Source of the DNA: Ignavibacteriota bacterium
Lineage (GTDB): Bacteria > Bacteroidota > Ignavibacteria > UBA10030 > UBA6906
DNA: 64,000 bases
NCBI GenBank assembly: GCA_963801355.1
Contig: CAWDEM010000008.1
Location: 224,001 to 288,000, forward strand
Reading direction: 5' to 3'
In this document: positions 9,371-19,496 of the stretch, in pieces
Position numbering within the stretch: the stretch's first letter is position 1
Layout: each line of letters begins with the position of its first letter
Made by a program: the position numbers and the translations under genes
The notes under the pieces: model-generated
What the model was told of the DNA's origin: nothing
What the model saw: the letters and a program-made list of their open reading frames with translations, nothing else
Database searches by the model: none

Positions 9371-9865
9371 ATGAAACAGACACTGACCATAGTTTGCCTG
9401 GTGGCGATTCTGCTTGCGGGAACTCACACAGCATCACAGGCGCAGAATGTCAGGTGGATTGTCGGTGGCAACATGGGACTGGGGATCTCGAGCGGTGGAT
9501 GGGGGGGTACGAGCGCGGGTTTCAATTTCGGCCCCATGGCTGAAGTTGTCTTTTCGAAACAGTTCGCCATCGGGACGGAATTCAACATCAATACGACATC
9601 AGGGACGCCGATCGAATGGGCGGACTACTTCAAGTACTATATCCTGGTCAAGGGTTCTACGCTGAAACCGTACGTGGATGGCGGCTTCAGCCTCATCTTC
9701 GTCACAGGGGGTCCGTATTTTGGCATTCGCTTCGGAGGCGGTGTTGGTTTTCTCGTGGCAAAATCAATCTACATAGGTCCGGATATCCAGCTAGGTCCCG
9801 TGTTTGTTACCGGATCGACCATGTTCGCCTTCCTGATTCGGGGGGCTTTCCGATACGAGCTCTGA
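9371..9865 (+). CDS. Small outer-membrane beta-barrel protein
   Basis: Signal peptide, alternating amphipathic strands, KPYV.GG, C-terminal FRYEL. Confidence 0.7.
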   Translation: MKQTLTIVCLVAILLAGTHTASQAQNVRWIVGGNMGLGISSGGWGGTSAGFNFGPMAEVVFSKQFAIGTEFNINTTSGTPIEWADYFKYYILVKGSTLKPYVDGGFSLIFVTGGPYFGIRFGGGVGFLVAKSIYIGPDIQLGPVFVTGSTMFAFLIRGAFRYEL

Positions 9866-9913
9866 CAGAAGCAGCTCTGACACCACATACCATTCAATAG
9901 CCTGGAGGCGGCC

Positions 9914-10543
9914 GTGAAGAAGATTGTGCTATCTGTTGTATTCCTTATGCTCATGACCAATCTGGCCATGAGCCAGGTCAGCTTCGGCGGGGGCGGACAG
10001 CTGGGATTTTCCATAGCCATGTTTCCCGACCCGTTGAAAGACTATTACGGCATGGGGTTCGGATTTGGCGGGCACGGAGATGTCAACCTCATGAAATTCC
10101 TCACTGTCCGACTGAACGTGGACTACTACATGTTCGGCTTCGACAACAAAAAGTACGGTGAACTCATAGCCAAAGATCAGGGCGTCGCAGCAGGCGACAT
10201 TACTATGGAAGGATTGCGGATAGGTGCGTTGGGATTGATGATCAACGGTATTGGAAAGATACCCACCAAGAGCATCGTCACCCCGTACGGCATCCTGGGT
10301 TTCGGCTTGTATATGATGAGCGCCAGTGATCCCAAGGTGAGCTACAAGGGGCAGGATGTGACACAGCAGCTCGGGTTGGGGAAAACAGAATCCTCAACGG
10401 AATTCGCATTGAATTTTGGCGGGGGTTCCGAGTTCCAGGTCGGCAACCTCAAGCTATACGCTGAGATCAAGTTCGTCATGATCTTCACAAAAGGGAGCAA
10501 CTCAAACCATCTGCCGATATCTTTCGGGGTCACTATTCCCTAG
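9914..10543 (+). CDS. Outer-membrane beta-barrel protein (8-stranded OMP type)
   Basis: Signal peptide, GFGFGG, TPYGILGFG, LNFGGG strands. Confidence 0.75.
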   Translation: MKKIVLSVVFLMLMTNLAMSQVSFGGGGQLGFSIAMFPDPLKDYYGMGFGFGGHGDVNLMKFLTVRLNVDYYMFGFDNKKYGELIAKDQGVAAGDITMEGLRIGALGLMINGIGKIPTKSIVTPYGILGFGLYMMSASDPKVSYKGQDVTQQLGLGKTESSTEFALNFGGGSEFQVGNLKLYAEIKFVMIFTKGSNSNHLPISFGVTIP

Positions 10544-10688
10544 TGCCGATTTTGCGCAGAAAACGCAGGAATCCGCAGCCGACCAAATCCTCCAGAACTT
10601 GATTGAAACTTTTCAGATTCTTATCTTGTTATGATGGTATTGGGAATAGGAAGAGGTTTATATTTCATTCACTATCTGGAGCCTTAAG

Positions 10689-11267
10689 ATGAAGAAGCTT
10701 GCACTTGTTGCCACAGTGGTCGGTTTGGTCGCTCTCATGTCCTTCAGTGCTTCTGCACAAGGCAAGTTTGCCCTGAATATTGGTGCGGATGTCTTGGTCC
10801 CTATGGGGAGCTTCAGCGATGCGGTGAGCATCGGATTTGGCGGGACTGCCCGTGGCGAGTACGCATTCACCCCGCAGCTCTCTGGGACATTCAGGACCGG
10901 TTACTTGATTTGGACAGGTAAATCGGTGGAAGGTCACGATCTCGGTAACTGGTCTGGAATTCCGATCCTCATTGGCGGCAAATACTACTTCCAACCGGAA
11001 GGGAAGATGCGCTTCTACGGAATGGCCGAACTTGGCCTCATGATTCTTTCGGTCTCGACCCCGGAAGTCAAGGTTGGCAACATCGTGGTTCTCCCGTCAG
11101 GCTCCGCCAGCTCCAGCGAATTCACGATTGCACCCACGGTCGGCCTTGAGGTCCCAGCGGGTCCCAAAGCCACAATCGACTTCGGGGTTGGATACATGCT
11201 CATAGCCTCCTCAGGTTCGGCCAGCAACCTCACCGGCCGAGTCGGCTACAAGTTCATGCTTAACTAA
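10689..11267 (+). CDS. Outer-membrane beta-barrel protein
   Basis: Signal peptide, GFGG..RGEY, IPILIGGKYYF, C-terminal RVGYKF. Confidence 0.8.
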   Translation: MKKLALVATVVGLVALMSFSASAQGKFALNIGADVLVPMGSFSDAVSIGFGGTARGEYAFTPQLSGTFRTGYLIWTGKSVEGHDLGNWSGIPILIGGKYYFQPEGKMRFYGMAELGLMILSVSTPEVKVGNIVVLPSGSASSSEFTIAPTVGLEVPAGPKATIDFGVGYMLIASSGSASNLTGRVGYKFMLN

Positions 11268-11282
11268 CAGGCATGCATTTAG

Positions 11283-11316
11283 AAAAGGGAAGCCCCACGG
11301 GGCTTCCTTTTTTTTT
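11283..11316 (+). terminator. Rho-independent terminator
   Basis: ggaagccc-cacg-gggcttcc followed by T9 and preceded by an A-run. Confidence 0.85.
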
Positions 11317-11375
11317 GTCCACACAAGGCAAAGGACCCTGGGAAAATCCCCGGACTTCAGCCCCCTACAGCCCAC

Positions 11376-12353
11376 ATGCCCCATCGCATCCCTCTAATTC
11401 TAATCGTCATTGCGGCTTTTGCGCCGGCCTCCGCCCGATCGGAAGATTCTTCCAGGGTCGTCCTCAGGTTCGGCGGCGACGTACTGCTTGGCGGGCATTA
11501 TGAAGAGGCTGCCCGTCGCGATCCGGACAAAGCCTTCCGCGGATTTACCCTCTTCCAGGAATCGGATCTTTCCATTGTGAACCTGGAGAATCCCGTCACT
11601 ATACGGGGAACAATTGTCCCCAAACCCTTCAATTTCAGGATGCAGCCCCGTTTCCTGGGGAGTCTCAAGAAGGCCGGCATTTCCGTTGTTAATCTCGCAA
11701 ATAATCACATCTTTGATTATGGAAGGGAAGGTCTGGAGGACACATTCCGTCATCTGGATTTGGCCGGGATACGGCATATCGGGGCCGGCAACAACAGCAC
11801 GGAAGCCCACACCCCCCATATCCTCACAAAGGGGCACCAAACGGTCGCGGCCTTCGGCTACTACGCTGGAGGGGAGGCTCCGGGTGCCGGCAAGAATACC
11901 GCCGGCGTAGCAGTGCGAGACATTCGTCTTGCCAGCCGCGACATCAAGGTGGCAAGAGAAGAAGGAGCGACGTATATTGTAGTTATTCTTCATTGGGGAA
12001 CCGAAAAGGCCGACACGCCGAGTGCTGCCCAGCGGTGGTTTGCCCATTCGCTCATTGATGCCGGCGCTGACGCCGTAATCGGGCATCATCCCCATGTTTT
12101 GCAGGGTATCGAGCGTTACAAATCGGGTGTGATTGTGTATTCGCTCGGCAACCTTGTTTTCGGAGGTCTCAGGAGGAGCACCTATACTGCCGGAGTATTC
12201 GAAATCGGGTTGAGCAGTCAGGACACGACCTACCGTCTCATTCCGGTAGGAGTGCGCAATTGGCACCTCGAGGAGTTGATGGGAGAGGATTCATTGCGTG
12301 TGTGGCGACGGGTCCAGGAGCTGTCGAAGAGTTTTCCACATACCATACCGTAA
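11376..12353 (+). CDS. CapA/PgsA-family metallophosphoesterase
   Basis: GGDV, NLENP, LANNHIFDYG, HWGTE, GHHPHVLQ, YSLGN. Confidence 0.9.
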   Translation: MPHRIPLILIVIAAFAPASARSEDSSRVVLRFGGDVLLGGHYEEAARRDPDKAFRGFTLFQESDLSIVNLENPVTIRGTIVPKPFNFRMQPRFLGSLKKAGISVVNLANNHIFDYGREGLEDTFRHLDLAGIRHIGAGNNSTEAHTPHILTKGHQTVAAFGYYAGGEAPGAGKNTAGVAVRDIRLASRDIKVAREEGATYIVVILHWGTEKADTPSAAQRWFAHSLIDAGADAVIGHHPHVLQGIERYKSGVIVYSLGNLVFGGLRRSTYTAGVFEIGLSSQDTTYRLIPVGVRNWHLEELMGEDSLRVWRRVQELSKSFPHTIP

Positions 12354-12368
12354 TAACATGGAGACGTC

Positions 12369-12977
12369 ATGAAATCAAAAGGCTGTATGATCTCTGCCGC
12401 GGTTCTCATCGTTATCGCCGTTGTCGTCGGAGGTATCTTCCTCTGGGGTCTGGGAGTCTACAACAACCTGGTGGGCCAGGATGAGACGGTCCGTAAATCA
12501 TGGAGCGACGTTGAAGCGCAGTACCAACGGCGTCTGGATCTGATCCCGAATCTGGTGAACACCGTGAAGGGGTACGCAACGCAGGAGCAGACGGTATTTA
12601 TCGGCGTCGCGGAGGCCCGCTCAAAAGTGAGTCAGATGACCGTGACCAAAGAAGTTCTCGAAGACCCGCAGGCGTTTGCAAAGTTCCAGCAGGCACAGGA
12701 CCAACTCTCCAGCGCGTTGTCGCGCCTCCTCGTTGTTGCGGAACAGTACCCGCAATTGAAGTCGAACGAGAATTTCATGGATCTGCAGAAGCAACTTGAA
12801 GGAACCGAAAACCGGATCACCGTGGCACGCAGCCGGTACAACGAGACCGTGCAGGCATTCAACACGACCATCCGCCGTTTCCCGGCGTCGATGGTTGCCG
12901 GATTCACCGGCTTCAAAGAGAAGGCCTACTTCCAGGCGAAGGAAGGTGCGGAGGAAGCGCCAAAGGTCACTTTCTAG
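12369..12977 (+). CDS. lemA: LemA family protein
   Basis: N-terminal TM, YQRRLDLIPNLV, YPQLKSNENF, LEGTENRI, RRFP. Confidence 0.93.
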   Translation: MKSKGCMISAAVLIVIAVVVGGIFLWGLGVYNNLVGQDETVRKSWSDVEAQYQRRLDLIPNLVNTVKGYATQEQTVFIGVAEARSKVSQMTVTKEVLEDPQAFAKFQQAQDQLSSALSRLLVVAEQYPQLKSNENFMDLQKQLEGTENRITVARSRYNETVQAFNTTIRRFPASMVAGFTGFKEKAYFQAKEGAEEAPKVTF

Positions 12978-12984
12978 GGACTGA

Positions 12985-13785
12985 ATGTCTCAACTTCTTG
13001 ATCCACTCCGGTTGATCCGGGTTTGCCGCCAGCGTTGGCCCGCAAGGGCAATACTGGCGGCACTCATACTCTTCTGTGCCATCGGGGGCGCCGCCCAAAC
13101 GCAAACCCCGATTCCAGTGCTGCGCGAGTATGTAACCGATCAGACGGGGACATTGTCGTCCGGAGAGCTCGCTTCGCTGAACGCCCGCCTCCGTCAGTTC
13201 GAAGATTCCACTTCGACGCAGATTGTGGTTGTGCTTCTTCCCACGATCGGCCGGGATGTGCTGGAGGAAGTGAGTCTGAAGATTGTCGAGGCCAACAAGG
13301 TCGGGCAGGAGAAGAAGGATAACGGTGCGCTTCTGCTGGTCGTGATGAACGATCGCTTGATGCGCATCGAAGTGGGGTATGGCCTTGAAGGAGTGCTCAC
13401 CGATGCGTTGAGCGCGCAGATCATCCGCCGCGAAATTGCGCCCCGTTTCAAAGCCGGTGACTACGCAGGGGGCATTGACGCCGGCGTCGAGGCCATCATG
13501 AAGGCAACCCGGAACGAGTATACGGCGGATCCGCGGGCGGACAATCAGGACACGATGTTTTCGTTCCCTTTCATTGTGTTCCTCATTATTCTGTTCATCG
13601 TCATTTCGCGCATGCGCCGGAACACCCGATTCATCGGCGGCGGATTCCCACCGGTAGGAAGGGGATGGGGAGGCGGCGGGAGCAGCTGGGGCGGAGGTTT
13701 TGGTGGAGGAGGGGGTTTTGGCGGTGGAGGCTTTAGCGGCGGGGGTGGGTCCTTTGGCGGGGGTGGCTCGAGCGGCAGCTGGTGA
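12985..13785 (+). CDS. TPM-domain (YgcG-like) membrane protein
   Basis: VTDQTGTLS, DNGALLLV, RIEVGYGLEG, TM, Gly-rich tail ending GGSSGSW; typical LemA neighbour. Confidence 0.9.
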   Translation: MSQLLDPLRLIRVCRQRWPARAILAALILFCAIGGAAQTQTPIPVLREYVTDQTGTLSSGELASLNARLRQFEDSTSTQIVVVLLPTIGRDVLEEVSLKIVEANKVGQEKKDNGALLLVVMNDRLMRIEVGYGLEGVLTDALSAQIIRREIAPRFKAGDYAGGIDAGVEAIMKATRNEYTADPRADNQDTMFSFPFIVFLIILFIVISRMRRNTRFIGGGFPPVGRGWGGGGSSWGGGFGGGGGFGGGGFSGGGGSFGGGGSSGSW

Positions 13786-16163
13786 GCGCAATGACCACGA
13801 CTCCGACATCACGCAGCAGACTCGCAAGGCCGGATATCTCACCATCCGATTCCCCGGTGTCAACGGCGCTCTTCTCGGCACGCCGCCTCCTGGAATGCAA
13901 TTCCCTTTTTGCCGAGCACTTCGTCTCCTTCACCGATGGACAGCCCGACGGGCTGTCTCTTTCCGCCTTCGCAGGTTCCCGGAATACCGCGCTTACGAGG
14001 GAAGTTGCACGCATGATCAACAGCACGGACCCCGTGCGTTTTCCGGTCGTCAAGGAAGTGCTGCTTCCCACCCGGGAGGGTGAACGGCGGTTCCTGCTGT
14101 CCGCACTTCCGTCCACGTACGACGGCAAGCGGGTGGTGCGGGTTGTGATACAGGACATCACCCAGTACAGCGACAGGGCGCGGCAGGCGGAAGAAGCTGA
14201 AGCCCGGTACCGGATCTTTGTGGAGTCCGGCAGCATCGCCATTGCACTTGTGCGCGAAGGCGTCTTTGTGTATGTCAACAAAGGATTGCTGGACCTGCTC
14301 GGCTACATGTTCGTCGAAGAAATGGTGGGGAAGGAGGTCCCGCAGTTCTTTGCTGCGCGTGACCGCAAGGCAGTGGCGGAGTACGGACGCAGTAACGAAA
14401 ACGGCACAACACTGCCGCCGTCCATTGAATGTACCGCAGTCCGGAAGGGCGGCTCGCGGGTCCGCGTGCAAATCCGCGCCGAGCTCCTGACCGTCGAAAA
14501 CTCGCCGACCCTCCTGTGGCACTGCCTGGATGTCTCGCCGTGGCGTGATGCTGAAGAGGCGGTCGAGCGGAAGGCGCGCGAGAACGAAATACTCGAGCAC
14601 CTTCTGGATGCCGTCCATCAGTCGGCCGACCGTGCCGGGGTGCAACGTGCCACGCTGGCAGCATCTGTGCGATGGCTCGGCTATGAATGCGGAGCCCTTT
14701 TTGTCCCTGCGGCCAACGGCACATCCCTACTGCTTGAGATGGAGGAACATCTCTCTCCTGCGCTGAAAGAGAAGCTGCAGGAACTTCCCGCTGCGGAAGG
14801 ATTGATGGGGTTCCTGACGAAGACCATGGAACCGGTGCGCCTCACCATTGCCGAGTACCCGGCACATCTTCCGTTCCGCGGCTTGTTTGAAGGCGAGGGG
14901 ATCCATGCCGTTGCATTCCTGCCACTGGTGCATCAGGACACGCTTTCCGGGATTCTGATGTTACTCACTACGAAAGAACATGACGTGCCATCCTACCACG
15001 AGGATTTCCTCGGTGTGTTGGCCCGGCATCTCGGGTTTTCCCTGGCAAAGGCGGCGACCTATCACGCGATCCAGCGTCGGGCAGACTCCTACCAGGACGC
15101 CATCGAGCGGGTGGCGGGAGTTGTCTATGTCGCAGGGGCGAACGGTACATTCCTCTACTGCAGTCCGGTCGTGGAGCGACTGACCGGCTACAAAGTGCGG
15201 GAGATCACTTCGACGCCGGATGCCTGGCGCGCGGCGGTCCATCCCGACGATCGATCCATTGCGGCGGAACGGATCAGCAGGCAGGCCGGCACACAGGACG
15301 AGTTTGTTCTGGAGTACCGCATGTTGCCCAAGGGGAAGGCGTCGTATATACGGGTTCGCGATGCGGTGCGGTATCTCCGCGCGGAGGATGGGACCGTGCA
15401 TGCGATGTACGGACTCGTCACGGACATCGCCGATCCTCAGGCGATCCGGCAAGCGATGCAGCCCGTGCCGGAGTCACGTGCGTCACGCAGCGACGGTATG
15501 GACGAGTTTGTCCATGTTGTCTCGCACGATCTGAAGGAACCATTGATCACCATCGCCGGTTATACTAAGCTCCTGCTCGATGACGGTGACGCGGCATTGA
15601 ATGAGGAAAGCAGAGAGCAGTTGCAGGCCGTGATGCGGTCCAGCGTGCGCATGAAACAGCTTATCGATGATCTGCTCACCCTCTCGCGGATCGGCCGCGT
15701 GCCGGCAAGCCAAAAGATGGTCCCTGTCGGCGCATTGCTGGAGGATCTGGTACTCGACCTGGAGTATTTCCTCCGGGATCGGCGGGCCCGTGTGGAATTG
15801 TCACCGACGCTTCCATCCGTCCGGTGCGATCCAACAGAACTGGGAATCGTCTTCCGCAATCTCATTGTGAACGGTGTGCTCCATAACGTGCAGGAACTGC
15901 CGATGGTACGGGTCGAGGCAACTGAGGATGGAGGTGGAGTCACATTCGCGGTGACTGACAACGGTGTCGGCATCGATCCGGCGGATGCCGATCGGGTGTT
16001 TGCAATCTTCCAACGCTTGCAACCAGCGGACGATCGCCCGGGCACAGGCGCGGGTCTGACGATCGTCAAGAAAGTTGTCGAGGGCTTCGGGGGAAGAATC
16101 TGGTTTGAATCCACGCCGGATGTCGGCTCAACCTTCTTCTTCACGGTGCCGTCCAATGGATGA
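13782..16163 (+). CDS. Cytoplasmic PAS-GAF-PAS sensor histidine kinase
   Basis: PAS motifs (VYVN, VHPDD), GAF region, SHDLKEPL H-box, NLIVN, DNGVGI, FQRL, GTGAGL. Confidence 0.9.
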   Translation: MSAMTTTPTSRSRLARPDISPSDSPVSTALFSARRLLECNSLFAEHFVSFTDGQPDGLSLSAFAGSRNTALTREVARMINSTDPVRFPVVKEVLLPTREGERRFLLSALPSTYDGKRVVRVVIQDITQYSDRARQAEEAEARYRIFVESGSIAIALVREGVFVYVNKGLLDLLGYMFVEEMVGKEVPQFFAARDRKAVAEYGRSNENGTTLPPSIECTAVRKGGSRVRVQIRAELLTVENSPTLLWHCLDVSPWRDAEEAVERKARENEILEHLLDAVHQSADRAGVQRATLAASVRWLGYECGALFVPAANGTSLLLEMEEHLSPALKEKLQELPAAEGLMGFLTKTMEPVRLTIAEYPAHLPFRGLFEGEGIHAVAFLPLVHQDTLSGILMLLTTKEHDVPSYHEDFLGVLARHLGFSLAKAATYHAIQRRADSYQDAIERVAGVVYVAGANGTFLYCSPVVERLTGYKVREITSTPDAWRAAVHPDDRSIAAERISRQAGTQDEFVLEYRMLPKGKASYIRVRDAVRYLRAEDGTVHAMYGLVTDIADPQAIRQAMQPVPESRASRSDGMDEFVHVVSHDLKEPLITIAGYTKLLLDDGDAALNEESREQLQAVMRSSVRMKQLIDDLLTLSRIGRVPASQKMVPVGALLEDLVLDLEYFLRDRRARVELSPTLPSVRCDPTELGIVFRNLIVNGVLHNVQELPMVRVEATEDGGGVTFAVTDNGVGIDPADADRVFAIFQRLQPADDRPGTGAGLTIVKKVVEGFGGRIWFESTPDVGSTFFFTVPSNG

Positions 16164-16851
16164 AAAGACCACTGTCCGCCTGCTCCTTGTTGAGGACAAC
16201 AAGGATTTTGCCCACCTCGTCCAGCTCTTCCTGAGACGGCATAGCGGAGCGGCGTTCGAAGTCCGCTGGGCCGCGAATGGACGCGATGCGTTGAAGGAAA
16301 TCGAAGCCGATGCCGATCTGGATGTCATTCTCATGGACTACTTTCTCCCCGGAAAGAACGGCCTGGATGTCACGCGCGAAATCCGGGAGCGGGGGATCCT
16401 CATCCCTGTGGTGTTTCTGACCGTCAACAAAGACTTTGACCTTGCCGTGGAAGTGCTGAAGCTCGGCGTTGAAGACTATCTCGTTAAGGAGGAGATCTCG
16501 ACCCCCGTGCTGCCCAAGACCATCCTGAGTGTCATTGAACGGCAGACCTTGCGCGACGAGTTGACGGAGCTGGAGATATCCCGGAAGCGTTTGCAGGTGA
16601 TTCAGGAGCTTGTCGTGAAGATCATCGGAGAACTCCGCGCGCCGATGTCCGGAATGCGGAAGGGTGTTGACGGGCTGCTTGAGGTCCATGGTGAAGACAA
16701 TCTGCGCGCGTATCTCGTCATCATCCGGGACAACCTGATCCGGATGGAAAGAAAGATGGTGCGGTTGGGCGAACTCAGGACGGACAGGACCATTCCCTAC
16801 GTCAGGGATATCCGGATGTTTGATCTCTCGGAGGAGGCGCCCCAGCAATGA
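16156..16851 (+). CDS. Response regulator with a C-terminal HisKA-like helical domain
   Basis: LLVED, ILMDYFLP, FLT, DYLVK; ATG at 16156 overlaps the kinase 3' end. Confidence 0.85.
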   Translation: MDEKTTVRLLLVEDNKDFAHLVQLFLRRHSGAAFEVRWAANGRDALKEIEADADLDVILMDYFLPGKNGLDVTREIRERGILIPVVFLTVNKDFDLAVEVLKLGVEDYLVKEEISTPVLPKTILSVIERQTLRDELTELEISRKRLQVIQELVVKIIGELRAPMSGMRKGVDGLLEVHGEDNLRAYLVIIRDNLIRMERKMVRLGELRTDRTIPYVRDIRMFDLSEEAPQQ

Positions 16852-17696
16852 AGTGCAGGATAGCGGTCGCGCAGATTGATGCGGTCCTGGGTGATCCGTC
16901 CAAGAACATCGCGATCCATTGCGAAGCAGCGGAGCGTGCACGGCAGGCCGGTGCACAGATGGTGCTTTTCCCGGAGTTGAGCCTCACCGGGTATTCTGTG
17001 AAGGATCTCAACTGGGATCTCGCGATTCGCACCGTTGCGCCGCCTGATGTCTATGCCCCGCTGTTGGAGCTGAGCCGTGGCATCAGCATCGTTGCGGGCG
17101 GAATTGAAGAAGGCGATTCGTTCGGTATTTACAACTCAGCATTCCTGTGTGAGGACGGCCGCATGCGCTCCGTGCACCGGAAGGTGTATCCGCCGACGTA
17201 CGGGATGTTTGAGGAGATGCGGTATTTCAGCCGGGGGGATGTGGTCCGTGCGGTTGACACGCGCATCGGCAGGATCGGCGTGCTTGTATGCGAAGATCTC
17301 TGGCATATTGCTCTGCCGTATCTTCTCATGCTGGATGGGGCAGAGATGGTTGTGTCGCTGACGGCGAGTCCCACGCGTCTTGGCGGGGATGCGGGATCGC
17401 TACGGTCTGCTGATGCCCTCGGCGAGCATCACCGCACGTACGCCCGGCTGCTCTCGGTGTACCTGGCGTTCTGCAATCGCGTGGGGTTCGAAGACGGCGT
17501 GAATTTCTTCGGCGGTTCGGAAGTGATCGGCCCGGCGGGCGATGTCAAGGTGAAAGCACGGTTATTCGAGCCGGATCTTCTTTTTGCGGACCTGGACGAC
17601 AACGAGATACGGCGCGCTCGCCGTTTTTCCCGTCATACGCTCGATGACGATCCGGCGCTGGTGATGCGTGAGCTCGCGCGGCTGCTCGCGCGCTGA
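16848..17696 (+). CDS. Carbon-nitrogen hydrolase (nitrilase fold, resembling the NAD synthetase glutaminase domain)
   Basis: FPELSLTGY, HRK, PTYGMFEEMRYF, VCEDLW: Glu-Lys-Cys triad. Confidence 0.88.
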   Translation: MKCRIAVAQIDAVLGDPSKNIAIHCEAAERARQAGAQMVLFPELSLTGYSVKDLNWDLAIRTVAPPDVYAPLLELSRGISIVAGGIEEGDSFGIYNSAFLCEDGRMRSVHRKVYPPTYGMFEEMRYFSRGDVVRAVDTRIGRIGVLVCEDLWHIALPYLLMLDGAEMVVSLTASPTRLGGDAGSLRSADALGEHHRTYARLLSVYLAFCNRVGFEDGVNFFGGSEVIGPAGDVKVKARLFEPDLLFADLDDNEIRRARRFSRHTLDDDPALVMRELARLLAR

Positions 17697-17708
17697 CATC
17701 CGGACTGC

Positions 17709-18410
17709 TCAGATGCCCAGGAACAACCTCTGGGCAAGGTAGTCCGGCAACCGTGCAGCAAGTATTGCGGAGGCCGTGGTTTCGATATTGTAGTCAACCC
17801 GCATGACTTCAAACGTCGCAGCCGTCGTATCAAGCAGCCCGAATGAAATCCGGGGGTTTCCATCGCGTGCCTGTCCCACACTTCCAACGTTGATCAGGTA
17901 CCGCAGCCCATCCCGGAACGTGTTGACGGAGCCGTCTTCTCCAACGATGACGGGGATGTGTGTGTGGCCGATAAAGCAGATGCGCGTGCTGAACGCCATG
18001 AAGCAGCGTTCGGCGTCCGGCCATGCAAAGATGTACCGCCAGTCTTCAGGGTTCAGGGGGGAAGCATGAGCAAGCGTGATGTCGTCCACCACCCGCAGCA
18101 TGGGCAACCCGCGGAGATACTCCACGTTGGCTTGTGTCAGATGCGTTCTTGTCCACCGGATGGCGCTCTTACCATAGATATTGAAGTGGTCAAGCGGCAA
18201 TTCGTCAATTGCGCCGCTGTCGTGGTTGCCTTTGACGACAGCTGAGCACCGTTCCTGGACAATTTGGATGCACTCGTTTGGCGACGGCCCGTAGCCGACA
18301 ATGTCTCCTAAACAGTACACCCGGTCAACGGAGAGACGGTCAATAACCTCGAAGGTCCGCTGGAGGGCCGTAAGATTGGAGTGAATATCTGATATAACGG
18401 CTATCCGCAT
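17709..18410 (-). CDS. Metallophosphoesterase (YfcE/ApaH-like)
   Basis: SDIHSN, GDIVGYG, GNHD, HAS, GHTH, NVGSVG. Confidence 0.9.
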   Translation of the reverse strand: MRIAVISDIHSNLTALQRTFEVIDRLSVDRVYCLGDIVGYGPSPNECIQIVQERCSAVVKGNHDSGAIDELPLDHFNIYGKSAIRWTRTHLTQANVEYLRGLPMLRVVDDITLAHASPLNPEDWRYIFAWPDAERCFMAFSTRICFIGHTHIPVIVGEDGSVNTFRDGLRYLINVGSVGQARDGNPRISFGLLDTTAATFEVMRVDYNIETTASAILAARLPDYLAQRLFLGI

Positions 18411-18473
18411 GGCCCAATTCGTTTAGACTTGAAAATCTACGAAAAAATGACATATATGCAAACACAATTACAC

Positions 18474-19496
18474 ATGCCATTCAACCGGGACATACTCGCG
18501 CTTGATGCGAGGGGAGAGGCGCTGCGTATCACAGAGCGCGTTCGCACACAGGTGTTTCACGTGCTCCACAAGCGCGGAGTGGTTGTGGCCGTCTCAGGCG
18601 GGCTGGACAGTGCTACCTGTGCTGCGCTGTCGGCTCTCGCGGTCGGGAAAAGTCATGTGCTGGCCCTCCTCCTCCCTGACCGGCATTCCTCGATCGACTC
18701 CACACGCCTGGGCAATGAGCTGGCGGGAGCCCTCGGCATTGAAGTTCTCACCCGGGATATCACCCCTCTCCTTGAATCCGCGGGATGCTATCGAACACAA
18801 CTGGAGGTGGTACGATCTGTTTTCCCTGAGGCTACGCCGGAGTGGACATTCAAGATCACGCTCCCCTCGTTGCTGGATCAGGAACGGTTGAACATGCCAC
18901 GATTGACCGTGCAGACGCCCCGGGGTGAAATGCATACCCAGCGCCTCAACCACAGCGACTATCTCACACTCGTCGCAGCCACGAACTTCAAGCAGCGTAT
19001 CAGAACGATGCTTGCCTATTTCCATGCCGACGCCCGCAATTTTGCAGTGTGCGGCACACCCAACCGGCTGGAATACGATCAGGGCTTTTTTGTCAAAGGG
19101 GGCGACGGGCTGGCGGACTTCAAGCCGATCGCGCATCTGTACAAGGCGCAGGTGCGCGCAGTTGCGTCGGCGGTGGGGGTTCCTGAGGAAATCATTGCGC
19201 GCACACCGACCACGGATACATTCCCGCTCAGCCAGGGACAGGATGAATTCTATTTTGGGGTTCCGCATGACCTGATGGATCTCTGCCTGTATGGATGCAA
19301 CAACGGGTATCCTGCGGCCGAGGTCGCGGCTGCCCTTCAACTCAACCCCACTGTTGTCGAGCGGGTCTATCGGGAAATCACCGGCAAGCGTCGCACGACA
19401 TTGCCTCTTCATCTCCCTGCACTCCTGGTGGATGAAGTCACCGAAATCAAGCTCATGGAGGATCAGGCCCTGTGTGCGGCATCGCCGGAATCATAA
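18474..19496 (+). CDS. nadE: NH3-dependent NAD synthetase-like ATP pyrophosphatase (AsnB/ACP-cluster type)
   Basis: SGGLDS PP-loop, NFKQRIR, GTPNRLE, FVKGGDG, PIAHLYK; start uncertain (18429-18474). Confidence 0.8.
   Translation: MPFNRDILALDARGEALRITERVRTQVFHVLHKRGVVVAVSGGLDSATCAALSALAVGKSHVLALLLPDRHSSIDSTRLGNELAGALGIEVLTRDITPLLESAGCYRTQLEVVRSVFPEATPEWTFKITLPSLLDQERLNMPRLTVQTPRGEMHTQRLNHSDYLTLVAATNFKQRIRTMLAYFHADARNFAVCGTPNRLEYDQGFFVKGGDGLADFKPIAHLYKAQVRAVASAVGVPEEIIARTPTTDTFPLSQGQDEFYFGVPHDLMDLCLYGCNNGYPAAEVAAALQLNPTVVERVYREITGKRRTTLPLHLPALLVDEVTEIKLMEDQALCAASPES

Noticed and set aside
13660-13785. G-rich low-complexity tract
   Set aside because: It encodes the normal Gly-rich tail of TPM-domain proteins
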